Source: a bacterium | Lineage (GTDB): Bacteria > SZUA-182 > DTGQ01 > JAFGSM01 | Direction of reading: 5' to 3' | DNA length: 64,000 bases | Assembly: GCA_049472335.1 (NCBI GenBank) | Contig: JBLIRO010000003.1 | Location: forward strand, 32,001 to 96,000 | In this document: positions 1 to 8,374 of the stretch, piece after piece | How the letters are laid out: each line of letters begins with the position of its first letter | Position numbering within the stretch: position 1 is the first letter of the stretch | Translations under genes and position numbers: made by a program | Notes under the pieces: model-generated | Database searches by the model: none | What the model was told of the DNA's origin: nothing | What the model saw: the letters and a program-made list of their open reading frames with translations, nothing else

Positions 1-1419
1 TGGGACGGCCTGAAGGCCAATTTCCCCAATCTGACTGCCTGTGTTCTTGTCTATAACCCTGTATTCTCTTAGAGTGGGGATATTGGAATGTATAACGCCC
101 TTTTCTCCCAGATCCATGAGTTTTTCGGTTGCATAAAACCGGTCCCTCTTCTGATTAATATATCCCAGGTCTGTCAGGTGGCTCATAATGGTCTCAACCT
201 GATAAGTATCAACAAGGGGACTGAGTAAAGACTCCAGGTGTGCCTTATCTTCTCCCCTTGTATGGGAAAAAAGGTATGAGAATATCTGCTGAACAGCCAC
301 CGAGGGGTCCGGTTCATAATCTATAGGCTCAAGCTCGCCCTGCCGGGCCATATGCGCATAAAGTTTAAAACAAGCCTTCTCTTCCTCTGTCTCACAATAA
401 CCAAGGACCTGCATGACCTCCCGCTGACGGCACCCCCTGCCGATTCGCTGCTGGAAGGAAGATGGGGTATGGGGTGGCCGATAGCAGGCTACGGCATCGA
501 AATCACCTATATCAATCCCGATCTCAAGGGTCATTGTAGCGATGCAGATACCCCAGCGCCATTCCTGCAGTGCTTTTTCGGCTGAGCCTCTCATCTGCCT
601 GGAAAGGCTTCCATGGTGAATAATGATCCGGTCTTTGGGCCAAAAGTTCTTCAACTCTGTTCCAAGCCGCTCTACATCCTTTCTGCTGTTTGCAAATATC
701 AGGACCTTATGCATCCTCTTCTGCCTTATAAATTCGATCATCCTTTTAAGATCAGAAAAAAGTGTCATTGAAAGTGGTCTCGGCTCCCCTATCCTTATTG
801 AGGTAACCGGCTGAAAATAGCGTTTAGCAGTGTCTTCGGGTTCATACAGGGTCGCTGACAGGGCGGCATATTGGAGGGAAGACCTCATATGCTCGAATCT
901 TATTCTCTCGAGCAGTATACGTAATTGATCACCCCTGTAGCCTGCATCTATCAGGTGGATCTCATCCAGTATTACGGCCTTGAGGCCTTTCCATATATCA
1001 GGGTGACGACAGAGCATGGAATCGAGGGACTCAGGTGTTGTAAAGAGTACATGCTCCGGATCCTTTAAGGAAAATTCAGGCCTGTCACCTGTTTTTACTG
1101 CTGCCCGCAGTTCGCACTCTTTCAGGATGCCGTTCAGCCGGGTATGGATATTATTTACCAGGGCGCGCGTGGGTGAAATATAAAGGATTGAAAGACCACT
1201 TTCGGCTCCGGTTTCATGAATTCTTTCAACCAATGGGGCAAACACCGCTTCTGTTTTCCCGCTGGCGGTCGGTGAGGCTATAATCACATTCTCACCTTCG
1301 AGGATATGAGGAATGACAGCTAACTGGATAGGATTCAAGCTGCCGAATCTGCCGAAAAAAGGACTCCATGTCCTTTTAAGCCGTTTTTTAATATTGAGGA
1401 ATTCTTCCCTGGGATGCAT
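1..1419 (-). CDS. Lhr-like DEAD/DEAH-box SF2 helicase, BrxHI/SngC-like (3' end outside window; absent from the ORF track)
   Basis: Read manually from ATG at 1419: MHPREEFLNIKKRLKRTWSPFFGRFGSLNPIQ..., Walker A SPTASGKT, motif II VILDEIH, motif III LSAT, then IFANS, HHGS, ATMTLEIGIDIGD and QRIGR. The start overlaps the end of the upstream ATPase gene. Confidence 0.9.
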   Translation of the reverse strand, partial: MHPREEFLNIKKRLKRTWSPFFGRFGSLNPIQLAVIPHILEGENVIIASPTASGKTEAVFAPLVERIHETGAESGLSILYISPTRALVNNIHTRLNGILKECELRAAVKTGDRPEFSLKDPEHVLFTTPESLDSMLCRHPDIWKGLKAVILDEIHLIDAGYRGDQLRILLERIRFEHMRSSLQYAALSATLYEPEDTAKRYFQPVTSIRIGEPRPLSMTLFSDLKRMIEFIRQKRMHKVLIFANSRKDVERLGTELKNFWPKDRIIIHHGSLSRQMRGSAEKALQEWRWGICIATMTLEIGIDIGDFDAVACYRPPHTPSSFQQRIGRGCRQREVMQVLGYCETEEEKACFKLYAHMARQGELEPIDYEPDPSVAVQQIFSYLFSHTRGEDKAHLESLLSPLVDTYQVETIMSHLTDLGYINQKRDRFYATEKLMDLGEKGVIHSNIPTLREYRVIDKNTGSQIGEIGLQAVP

Positions 1420-2755
1420 TAGACAATAGGTCCTCCAGGTTTTTTAAGGAATAAAACCTGGAAAAGTCGAGGCTCTCCACCATGGCCTTTATAAACCTTC
1501 GAGTGGACTGAAAGCTATTGTTCTTTACCATTTCAAAAAGCCTCCTGCGATATCCTTTCGGTATCTGGTGTTGATATATCTTCTCATAAATATCCATCAA
1601 CCTGTAATATAGGTATTCGGTCTGGTGAATAGGAAGGGACTCTAATTCTATCTCATAAATATTGTATTCTTTAGAGAGGCTGAGTCTATAGTCCGGAGTG
1701 AAGGCAAAGGCCACCTTAAGAAAGCTGGGAAGCTGAAATACATATGGAATGCGAACATAACCGGAATATATGAGACCAGTCCTTTCACCATAATAATAAT
1801 TATCACCCTTTACCACCCTCTCTTCTTTCAGTTCATGCTCATCATTCGCTACCATAGAAAGGGCATTAAAGAAATTGACGGCCCTTGTCCATTCATAAGA
1901 ATAGCGATATGTACGGGAGGTTTCCGCCTCATCGAACATGAGGAGAATGCCTTTCAGGCCCAGTTCCTTTACCGCAAGCATTCCCAGGGCACTCAGGATA
2001 TTGCAGTATATATTTGCGGCCGTTGTGTGATCATAGAGGGTGCCAAGTTCAGAAAAGTTTGTCTCCTGCCCTTCTATCCACTCCCACATCTGTGGAGTAT
2101 CCTTCTCCTTCATTATCTTTTCCATTATCCCTTCCAGAAAGGAGTGACCCTGGAATGGATTCTTTCGAGAGCCTTTGCCTATCAGGGTCAATAGCTCACA
2201 AAAGGTATAATAGTGCCCCTTGTAAGGGAACCTGAGGTTTCTGATAAGATGGCGATAGATCCTCTTGGGGAAACCGGGTTGCGCATCACAGGGATCGATA
2301 CCCACCAGACTGACAGCATAATCAAGCTCAAATCCGCTCGCATAGAGATATTCAATCAGATGGGTCTTGCCGCTTCCATATTCTCCCCGAATGACCATCG
2401 TGCCGGATGATTCATCCTGCAACCATTTTTGTACCGTTTCTATCTCCTGTGTCCTGCCCACAGTCCATTCCCTTATCGACCTGGCAGGAACGATCCCCAG
2501 GCGAAAGGCCTCGATGACAGAGCGGGCCTCTCCGATTAACACCGACTCCGTCTCTTCTGAGTCCGGCTCATTCAGGGGCAGGATCTGTTTCCGTTCTTCG
2601 GGCAGGATTTCCGCTTCCAGAAAAGCCAGGTTGCTCTTTTTTAACCAGAGCTGCAAGGAATGAGGGAAGCAAACCAGGTATTCATGACCACGATGCCTTT
2701 TGTCAATCGCTATGCCCTCGCCAAATATGGCATGTCTTACCTTTAGGCATTCCAT
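1388..2755 (-). CDS. BrxD/DUF2791-like P-loop ATPase with short N-terminal Tudor/SH3-like segment
   Basis: IEAFRLGIVP...VGR N-terminal signature, Walker A GEYGSGKT, Walker B LLMFDEAE; N-terminus KVRHAIFGEG. Confidence 0.8.
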   Translation of the reverse strand: MECLKVRHAIFGEGIAIDKRHRGHEYLVCFPHSLQLWLKKSNLAFLEAEILPEERKQILPLNEPDSEETESVLIGEARSVIEAFRLGIVPARSIREWTVGRTQEIETVQKWLQDESSGTMVIRGEYGSGKTHLIEYLYASGFELDYAVSLVGIDPCDAQPGFPKRIYRHLIRNLRFPYKGHYYTFCELLTLIGKGSRKNPFQGHSFLEGIMEKIMKEKDTPQMWEWIEGQETNFSELGTLYDHTTAANIYCNILSALGMLAVKELGLKGILLMFDEAETSRTYRYSYEWTRAVNFFNALSMVANDEHELKEERVVKGDNYYYGERTGLIYSGYVRIPYVFQLPSFLKVAFAFTPDYRLSLSKEYNIYEIELESLPIHQTEYLYYRLMDIYEKIYQHQIPKGYRRRLFEMVKNNSFQSTRRFIKAMVESLDFSRFYSLKNLEDLLSNASQGRIPQY

Positions 2756-2769
2756 TAAATATGCTTTTA

Positions 2770-4017
2770 CTATCCTTCCAGAAGTTTTAAGGTTGTATCC
2801 TGATCAAAGGCGCCCTTTGGCTCTTTCCTTACCATATGAAAAGCCTTAATAATCCCCTGCACAAAAAGCCTTATATAGCCTATATCACCGAATCTGCGTT
2901 CATAGGCCTCCTGAGCCAGCCTTTGTATAAATGGGGATATGCCGTCATTAAATGAGTATTCATAGGCCTCTTCATATACGGCCCTGAGCTTATTGCCGAT
3001 TTTCTCCAGCAATAGTATAGGCTCACGATCCATTTCTTCAAGGCGGATCTTTACCCCTGAAGGATTGTAAAAGTCGAAGACGCTTGATATTCGTTGTTTC
3101 AAAGCCTCATATACATTGGAGGCACCTTCAAAGATATGCTCATCTGGCAGGGCATAAAAGATCATAACATTCTTAAAGGAGGCGTGACCGCACTCATCAA
3201 TCAATTCTCTAAGATTGCTCAGCATCAACTCCCTCTGCTTACTGCTCAGGCTGGGTACCTGTTCCGCCTCATCAAACAGGATCACTATTCCGGAATAACC
3301 GATATTCTTTACCCACTGGATAAGGGAACGGACCATGGAAAAGGAATTGCTTCGGCCTATGGGATGCAACAGGCCATATTCTTTGTGAATATTCCTGTCA
3401 TAACCTTCCAGCTTTAACCATTGAAGGATGTTTCGAAAGTCTTTTTCACGCTCCTGATGCAGGAAAAGGAATGCCTGCGCAACGGCCTTGGCAAAATTGA
3501 TGTTTTCGATATTTCTCTGAATGGCCCCGGAATAGTTGATAAGTTCCTGGTCCAGGGTTTCCCCCTGGAGACCTGCTTCCATGAAGATCCCGGTCTGCCT
3601 TTCATACCAGTTTATGATAAAGGGCTCCATACCCTTTTCCTGGCCTTTCAGAAGCTCCTCAGGGGTCATCGGATACATGAGGTTATTCACTATGGCGCGA
3701 TAAACCAGCTCAAGCCGGTAAAAAGGAGCCTCTTCGGAGCTCAGATTGACATAGCTGACCACAAAGTTTTCATTCCAGGCCATCTCACGAATATTATACA
3801 AAAAATGTGTCTTGCCTCCGCCATAAGCGCCTATAACCAGTTTGAAGGTGGAACCTCCATCCTCTTTGACAAAGGTCCTCAGATACTCCTCCTCAATAAG
3901 ACGAAGATAATCATCCAGACCTACGGTGAAATACTGAAAACCCCATTCAGGAGGTGTACCGAAAGAACCTACGGTCTCAATAATTCTTCTTGCCGTGTGC
4001 TTATTTAATTGATTCAT
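2770..4017 (-). CDS. BrxD/DUF2791-like P-loop ATPase
   Basis: ARRIIE...GTPP...TVG signature, Walker A GAYGGGKT, VVSYVNLS, Walker B VILFDEAE; paralogous to 1388..2755. Confidence 0.82.
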   Translation of the reverse strand: MNQLNKHTARRIIETVGSFGTPPEWGFQYFTVGLDDYLRLIEEEYLRTFVKEDGGSTFKLVIGAYGGGKTHFLYNIREMAWNENFVVSYVNLSSEEAPFYRLELVYRAIVNNLMYPMTPEELLKGQEKGMEPFIINWYERQTGIFMEAGLQGETLDQELINYSGAIQRNIENINFAKAVAQAFLFLHQEREKDFRNILQWLKLEGYDRNIHKEYGLLHPIGRSNSFSMVRSLIQWVKNIGYSGIVILFDEAEQVPSLSSKQRELMLSNLRELIDECGHASFKNVMIFYALPDEHIFEGASNVYEALKQRISSVFDFYNPSGVKIRLEEMDREPILLLEKIGNKLRAVYEEAYEYSFNDGISPFIQRLAQEAYERRFGDIGYIRLFVQGIIKAFHMVRKEPKGAFDQDTTLKLLEG

Positions 4018-4116
4018 TAAAATCCAAAATCCTTCAAGAGGCTGTCCAATCGCCCCTTTCTTATGTTTCTCTTATACTTATCTCATGCTTAAATTCTCAA
4101 AAAACTAAACCATCAT

Positions 4117-4980
4117 TTAAATATGTTTGTGAAAACAGACAAAGGCAAAATGCGTACCGTCTCCTTTTAGGCTCCTTGGAATCCAGAGATTGTCATCCTT
4201 CTTTTTTGTCTGCTCCCTGCTTGCCACACCCAGCCGTAATTCGTAGCCTCCGTATTCACGTTGTTTCAGTCGAAAAAGATCATAGCTCAGTTGAGTACGG
4301 CTGTAAGTCCTGAAAAGCTCTTTTCGAGGGTCAGAAAGAAATTTCTTGTCCTGCTTCTGCCATGCTATCTCGCTTAACAAATAAATTATAGAGACATTGG
4401 CCCCGAACTCCAGCACCTCTTTTTTTATAATCCATCCATAAACATCAAAGAGAAGTTTAAGAAATACTTCCTCATCCTTAAAGCTTTCGTTTTCAAGATC
4501 TTCGTATATTTTCTCCGAGGTATTAGTGATATCATCGGCCACAAGCTTAGAGCGGCTCAATATCTCTATTTTCGGCCCATACCAGATCCTTACCTGGTCG
4601 TGCGACAATAAAAACTCCAGGGTCAACAGCCCTAACCTCAACTCCGGAAAATTACCTTCGATATGCCAGCCCTTGTCCCCAAACCTTCTATCAAGCTCCG
4701 CGCCTAAATACATCTTGAGCCTATGTTTAGGTTGCTCAAGGATTTTCTTCTTCTCTATGACAAACTCTTTTACCCTTTTCAAATCCCCGCGCAGTTCTTC
4801 CAGTTCATTTAGTTTTTCCAGCTTCTGTTCAATCCTCTTAAGTCTGTCCTCTATCTGAAAGACATTTTTATCCAGATCCTTTTCTAAGGCCTCCCCTTCC
4901 TTGAGACATTTTTCTATCTCCGCCAAATCCTTTCTGTTTTGATCTATCTTTTTCCGGAATTCCTGATAAGTATAGTTCAT
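4117..4980 (-). CDS. Hypothetical protein with N-terminal coiled coil; first gene of the ATPase/helicase operon
   Basis: Long ORF with a heptad-rich E/K/L N-terminal third. ATG at 4980 (MNYTYQEF) preferred over the track's upstream start at 5007. Confidence 0.7.
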   Translation of the reverse strand: MNYTYQEFRKKIDQNRKDLAEIEKCLKEGEALEKDLDKNVFQIEDRLKRIEQKLEKLNELEELRGDLKRVKEFVIEKKKILEQPKHRLKMYLGAELDRRFGDKGWHIEGNFPELRLGLLTLEFLLSHDQVRIWYGPKIEILSRSKLVADDITNTSEKIYEDLENESFKDEEVFLKLLFDVYGWIIKKEVLEFGANVSIIYLLSEIAWQKQDKKFLSDPRKELFRTYSRTQLSYDLFRLKQREYGGYELRLGVASREQTKKKDDNLWIPRSLKGDGTHFAFVCFHKHI

Positions 4981-5372
4981 ATTCACAATCCTCTCTATAA
5001 TCTGCAATCTACCTCAGCCAGTCTAACAGACAAAAGAAAAATTGCAAGATTGAAGATTTCGGGTGAAGCTATGTATTTCTAAAAATCGACAAAATTATAG
5101 CATTAAAAAAATATTATATAAATATATAAGACAGGTTTTAGACTCCTTCAATGACCTTTTTACGATTATATCAATATTTGAACTCAAGATTCATTCTGGA
5201 TTAAAATACAGATTAATTGTTTTTTAAAAACATGACTACACAGAAAGACAAAGAAGTTTTGGACCAACACAATTATAAAAGCCACGAATTTCAAAAGGGG
5301 GAAGGTATTTCCTTTATCATATCATAAGATAAGAGAGGACATGTTTTATTTTTATAATAAGGAGGTGTATTC

Positions 5373-5705
5373 ATGAGAGAAAAAATTTTAATAGATCCGG
5401 AAAAAATTGACTGGCAACCAATAGAACAACTTCCTTCCGGTGCATGGATAAAGATGTTGAGTCACGATGAAGAGACCGGAGCATTTTCAGCTTTATTCAA
5501 ATTTGACAAGGGATTTGAAGAACCCAGGCACTCACATCCTTCTGATCATGATATATTTATTCTGGAGGGAAGCCTTGTCGACACTGATGGTAATGAAACC
5601 AAAAAGGGAATGTTTTTCTATGCCCCTGCAGGTGATGAACATGGTCCTTTTACCTCTCCTGATGGCTGCATCTTTTATGGATATTTCAACGGACCCCCGT
5701 TTTAG
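5373..5705 (+). CDS. ChrR-like cupin domain protein
   Basis: Cupin motifs HSHP...FILEG and FYAPAGDEHGP; strong RBS AAGGAGGT. Confidence 0.8.
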   Translation: MREKILIDPEKIDWQPIEQLPSGAWIKMLSHDEETGAFSALFKFDKGFEEPRHSHPSDHDIFILEGSLVDTDGNETKKGMFFYAPAGDEHGPFTSPDGCIFYGYFNGPPF

Positions 5706-6741
5706 GGAATAGTTTTATTTTTATATTATTTGTTTTTGCTACATGAATTTACCTTTCCCCTATTTCTTTCTGCAATATTGTTAAATCAGAACATTATAAT
5801 CTTATAAAAATTCACTTAAAACTTGAAAGGTGTGAATAATTCTTCCCCAAATTTACAAATGCATACAAATGTATAAACGTAATATCTATCCTTTTGAAAT
5901 ATCAGTTGTTTCTATTTTGCCTATATTGATATCACATTGCTAATATTCTCAATTTTTCAAAAAATTACAGAAAAAAAGAAGGCTTTATTAACAGCATATC
6001 CACACTTCTTGTGGAAAATCTGATTAAAAAACTGAAATGTTTAAGCCCCCAAAATGATTTTTAAGAATTCATTAATTCTAAGGCAGCCAAATTTTGACAA
6101 AGCAGCTAAATCTTATTATATTATTAATTATATAAATAAATTAGTATAAAGACTTTTTACATCATTGTTTTTCTCAATTACAACCCTTTTCCTATAAACT
6201 ATAAAAATATTTAAACACTTTTCATAATTTAATTTTTTAGGAGGAATTAATACATTTAGACAAATTCAGTATTAGCTATGTGTATTAATTTTTATCTCGG
6301 AGTATTATTAAATTTCACCATATTGATTGATTAAATAGTAATAAAAATAATTGGTTCTAAATATTTAGTATTTAATTATTTTATAATATGTTGCAAAGCT
6401 TAAGTTTTATCAATAAATTATTATAATATATTTTATGCCAAAAACTTATTCAATTAGCAATTTATTTTTCCTAAGAGATTAAGTGAGATAAGGACTTAAA
6501 TATTAAAAAAGGTAACAAATTCATTCATGATACTATTTAGGCTTGTTTCCAATATTTAAGGATTTGACCCAGAGGGAATTTAAAAAGAAGCGTGCATTTT
6601 TTGGCAACTGAAAAAGCTACTAAAATAGCATTCTTATCAAAAATCGATAAGAATTCTTGAAAGGTGGTGATAAATGGAAAAGATTGAACAAGGATACAAG
6701 CAGGATTAAGTTTTTAGCATTATTATTAAGGGAGGCCAAAA

Positions 6742-8343
6742 ATGAATTGGAAAAGAGCCTTTGCATGTCTGTCGATTTCTTTCATCGTAATTTCATTGAT
6801 GTGTTCTTTAAATATTACCAGGGCTATGGGAGAAGATCTTACCCCAAAGGAGGAATTAGGCAAGGCCCTCTTCTTTGACAGGATTTCGAGTCCGGACTCT
6901 ATGTCCTGTGCCGCATGCCATGCACCTAGCACCGGCTTTACAGGACCTGTCGCAGGAATAAATCTGTTTGGCAGTGTTTATAGAGGAGCCGTTCCCCAGC
7001 GCTTCGGCAACCGAAAACCACCGAGCGCAGCGTACGCGACTTTTAGCCCGGTCTTTCATTATGATGCAGATGAAGGGCTTTTTGTGGGTGGAAACTTCTG
7101 GGATGGCCGGGCCACTGGAGAGGTGCTCGGAAATCCTGCTGCTGATCAGGCCCTCGGCCCGTTCCTGAACCCGGTGGAACAGAACAACCCCAGCAAAAAG
7201 GCCGTATTGGAACAGGTGGCTGCTTCACAATACGCAAACTTATGGGAAGAAGTCTGGGGAGAGCTGGTTAGCTATGAGACTGAAGCTGATATCGAAGCAA
7301 ACTACGATCGCATTGGATTGTCTATTGCGGCATATGAGGCATCGAGCGAAGTCAATCAGTTCTCATCCAAATATGACCTTTCCCTGAGCGGGGACGCGGA
7401 ATTAACTGAGCAGGAAGCATGGGGACTGGAGCTTTTTGAAGGGAAAGGCATGTGTTCAGCATGCCATCCCAGTGAACCAGGATCGGATGGCGAGCCTCCC
7501 CTTTTCACAGACTTTACCTTTGACAATCTTGGCACCCCTAAAAATCCTGATAATCCATTTTATAAGATGGATAAGGTATATCTTGATGACGGGACACCCA
7601 TCAATCCCGATGGAGCGGACTGGATAGACGAGGGATTAGGAGGTTTCTTAAAGACTTTAGATATGCTGCCTGAGTGGCAGGCCCTTGCTGACGAGAATAT
7701 GGGAAAACACAAGGTCCCGACCCTGAGAAATGTCGATAAACGCCCGGGCCTTTATTTTCCAAAGGCTTATCTTCACAATGGTGTTTTCAAGTCTCTAAAA
7801 GAGGTAGTCCATTTTTATAACACCAGGGACGTTGAGGATTGGCCGGAACCGGAGGTGCCGGAAAATGTAAATACAGATGAGCTGGGCAATCTCGGATTGA
7901 CAGATGCAGAGGAGAACGCGATCGTTGCATTTCTCAAAACGCTCTCCGACGGATATACACCAAGGGGACAAAATAGGAGGCCGTTATTTGTGAATATTCT
8001 ATCTTCAACATCCATCATACAGCTTAATTCTGAGATATCTGCACCCAGGTTTCTGTCAAATATAGGCATAACAAACGAGACAGGAAACAATAATGGCAAT
8101 GCTAACAATGGCAATGGTCATGTATTTACGGGACCTCCCTGGAAACAGGCGGAAGTTAACGGACCTCCATGGTATCTCAACGGACTCACCTGGTTCAAGA
8201 ATGATTCCGGTGGGGCATGGTGGTGGAAGGCATCCTTACTTGTTACTCCGGTGGGACCTGTATGGTATCAAAACGGTTCCAACGGCCCCCCCTGGTATCA
8301 GGACCCTGTTAGCGGTCCGTGGTGGGCCTCTGCGTTACTATAG
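6742..8343 (+). CDS. Di-heme cytochrome c peroxidase / MauG-family protein with Trp/Gly/Pro-rich C-terminal tail
   Basis: Signal peptide; LGKALFFD, CAACH, FWDGRA, CSACH, KVPTLRNV, YLHNG, LKEVVHFYN. Confidence 0.9.
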   Translation: MNWKRAFACLSISFIVISLMCSLNITRAMGEDLTPKEELGKALFFDRISSPDSMSCAACHAPSTGFTGPVAGINLFGSVYRGAVPQRFGNRKPPSAAYATFSPVFHYDADEGLFVGGNFWDGRATGEVLGNPAADQALGPFLNPVEQNNPSKKAVLEQVAASQYANLWEEVWGELVSYETEADIEANYDRIGLSIAAYEASSEVNQFSSKYDLSLSGDAELTEQEAWGLELFEGKGMCSACHPSEPGSDGEPPLFTDFTFDNLGTPKNPDNPFYKMDKVYLDDGTPINPDGADWIDEGLGGFLKTLDMLPEWQALADENMGKHKVPTLRNVDKRPGLYFPKAYLHNGVFKSLKEVVHFYNTRDVEDWPEPEVPENVNTDELGNLGLTDAEENAIVAFLKTLSDGYTPRGQNRRPLFVNILSSTSIIQLNSEISAPRFLSNIGITNETGNNNGNANNGNGHVFTGPPWKQAEVNGPPWYLNGLTWFKNDSGGAWWWKASLLVTPVGPVWYQNGSNGPPWYQDPVSGPWWASALL

Positions 8344-8374
8344 TATTTATGTTAATTTAACAAGGAGAATTTTG

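Noticed and set aside
1..5007. Complete BREX or canonical Shango system
   Set aside because: No pglX/pglZ/pglY/brxA and no TerB-like gene within the window; only the ATPase-helicase module matches.
5296..5761. Imperfect inverted repeat (AGGGGGAAGGTA / TACCTTTCCCCT) flanking the cupin gene
   Set aside because: Only 11 of 12 bp, with no transposase or target-site duplication seen; could be chance.
6602..6618. sigma54-like TGGCAACTGAAAAAGCT upstream of the peroxidase
   Set aside because: Spacing is GG-N11-GC; sigma54 needs N10.
5706..6741. ~1 kb very AT-rich intergenic region as ncRNA, origin or array
   Set aside because: No regular repeats, stable hairpins or recognisable RNA motif found by eye.
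8093..8374. N-terminal 94 aa of the 1015-aa ORF in the track
   Set aside because: Overlaps the peroxidase gene; an RBS and signal peptide point to ATG 8375.
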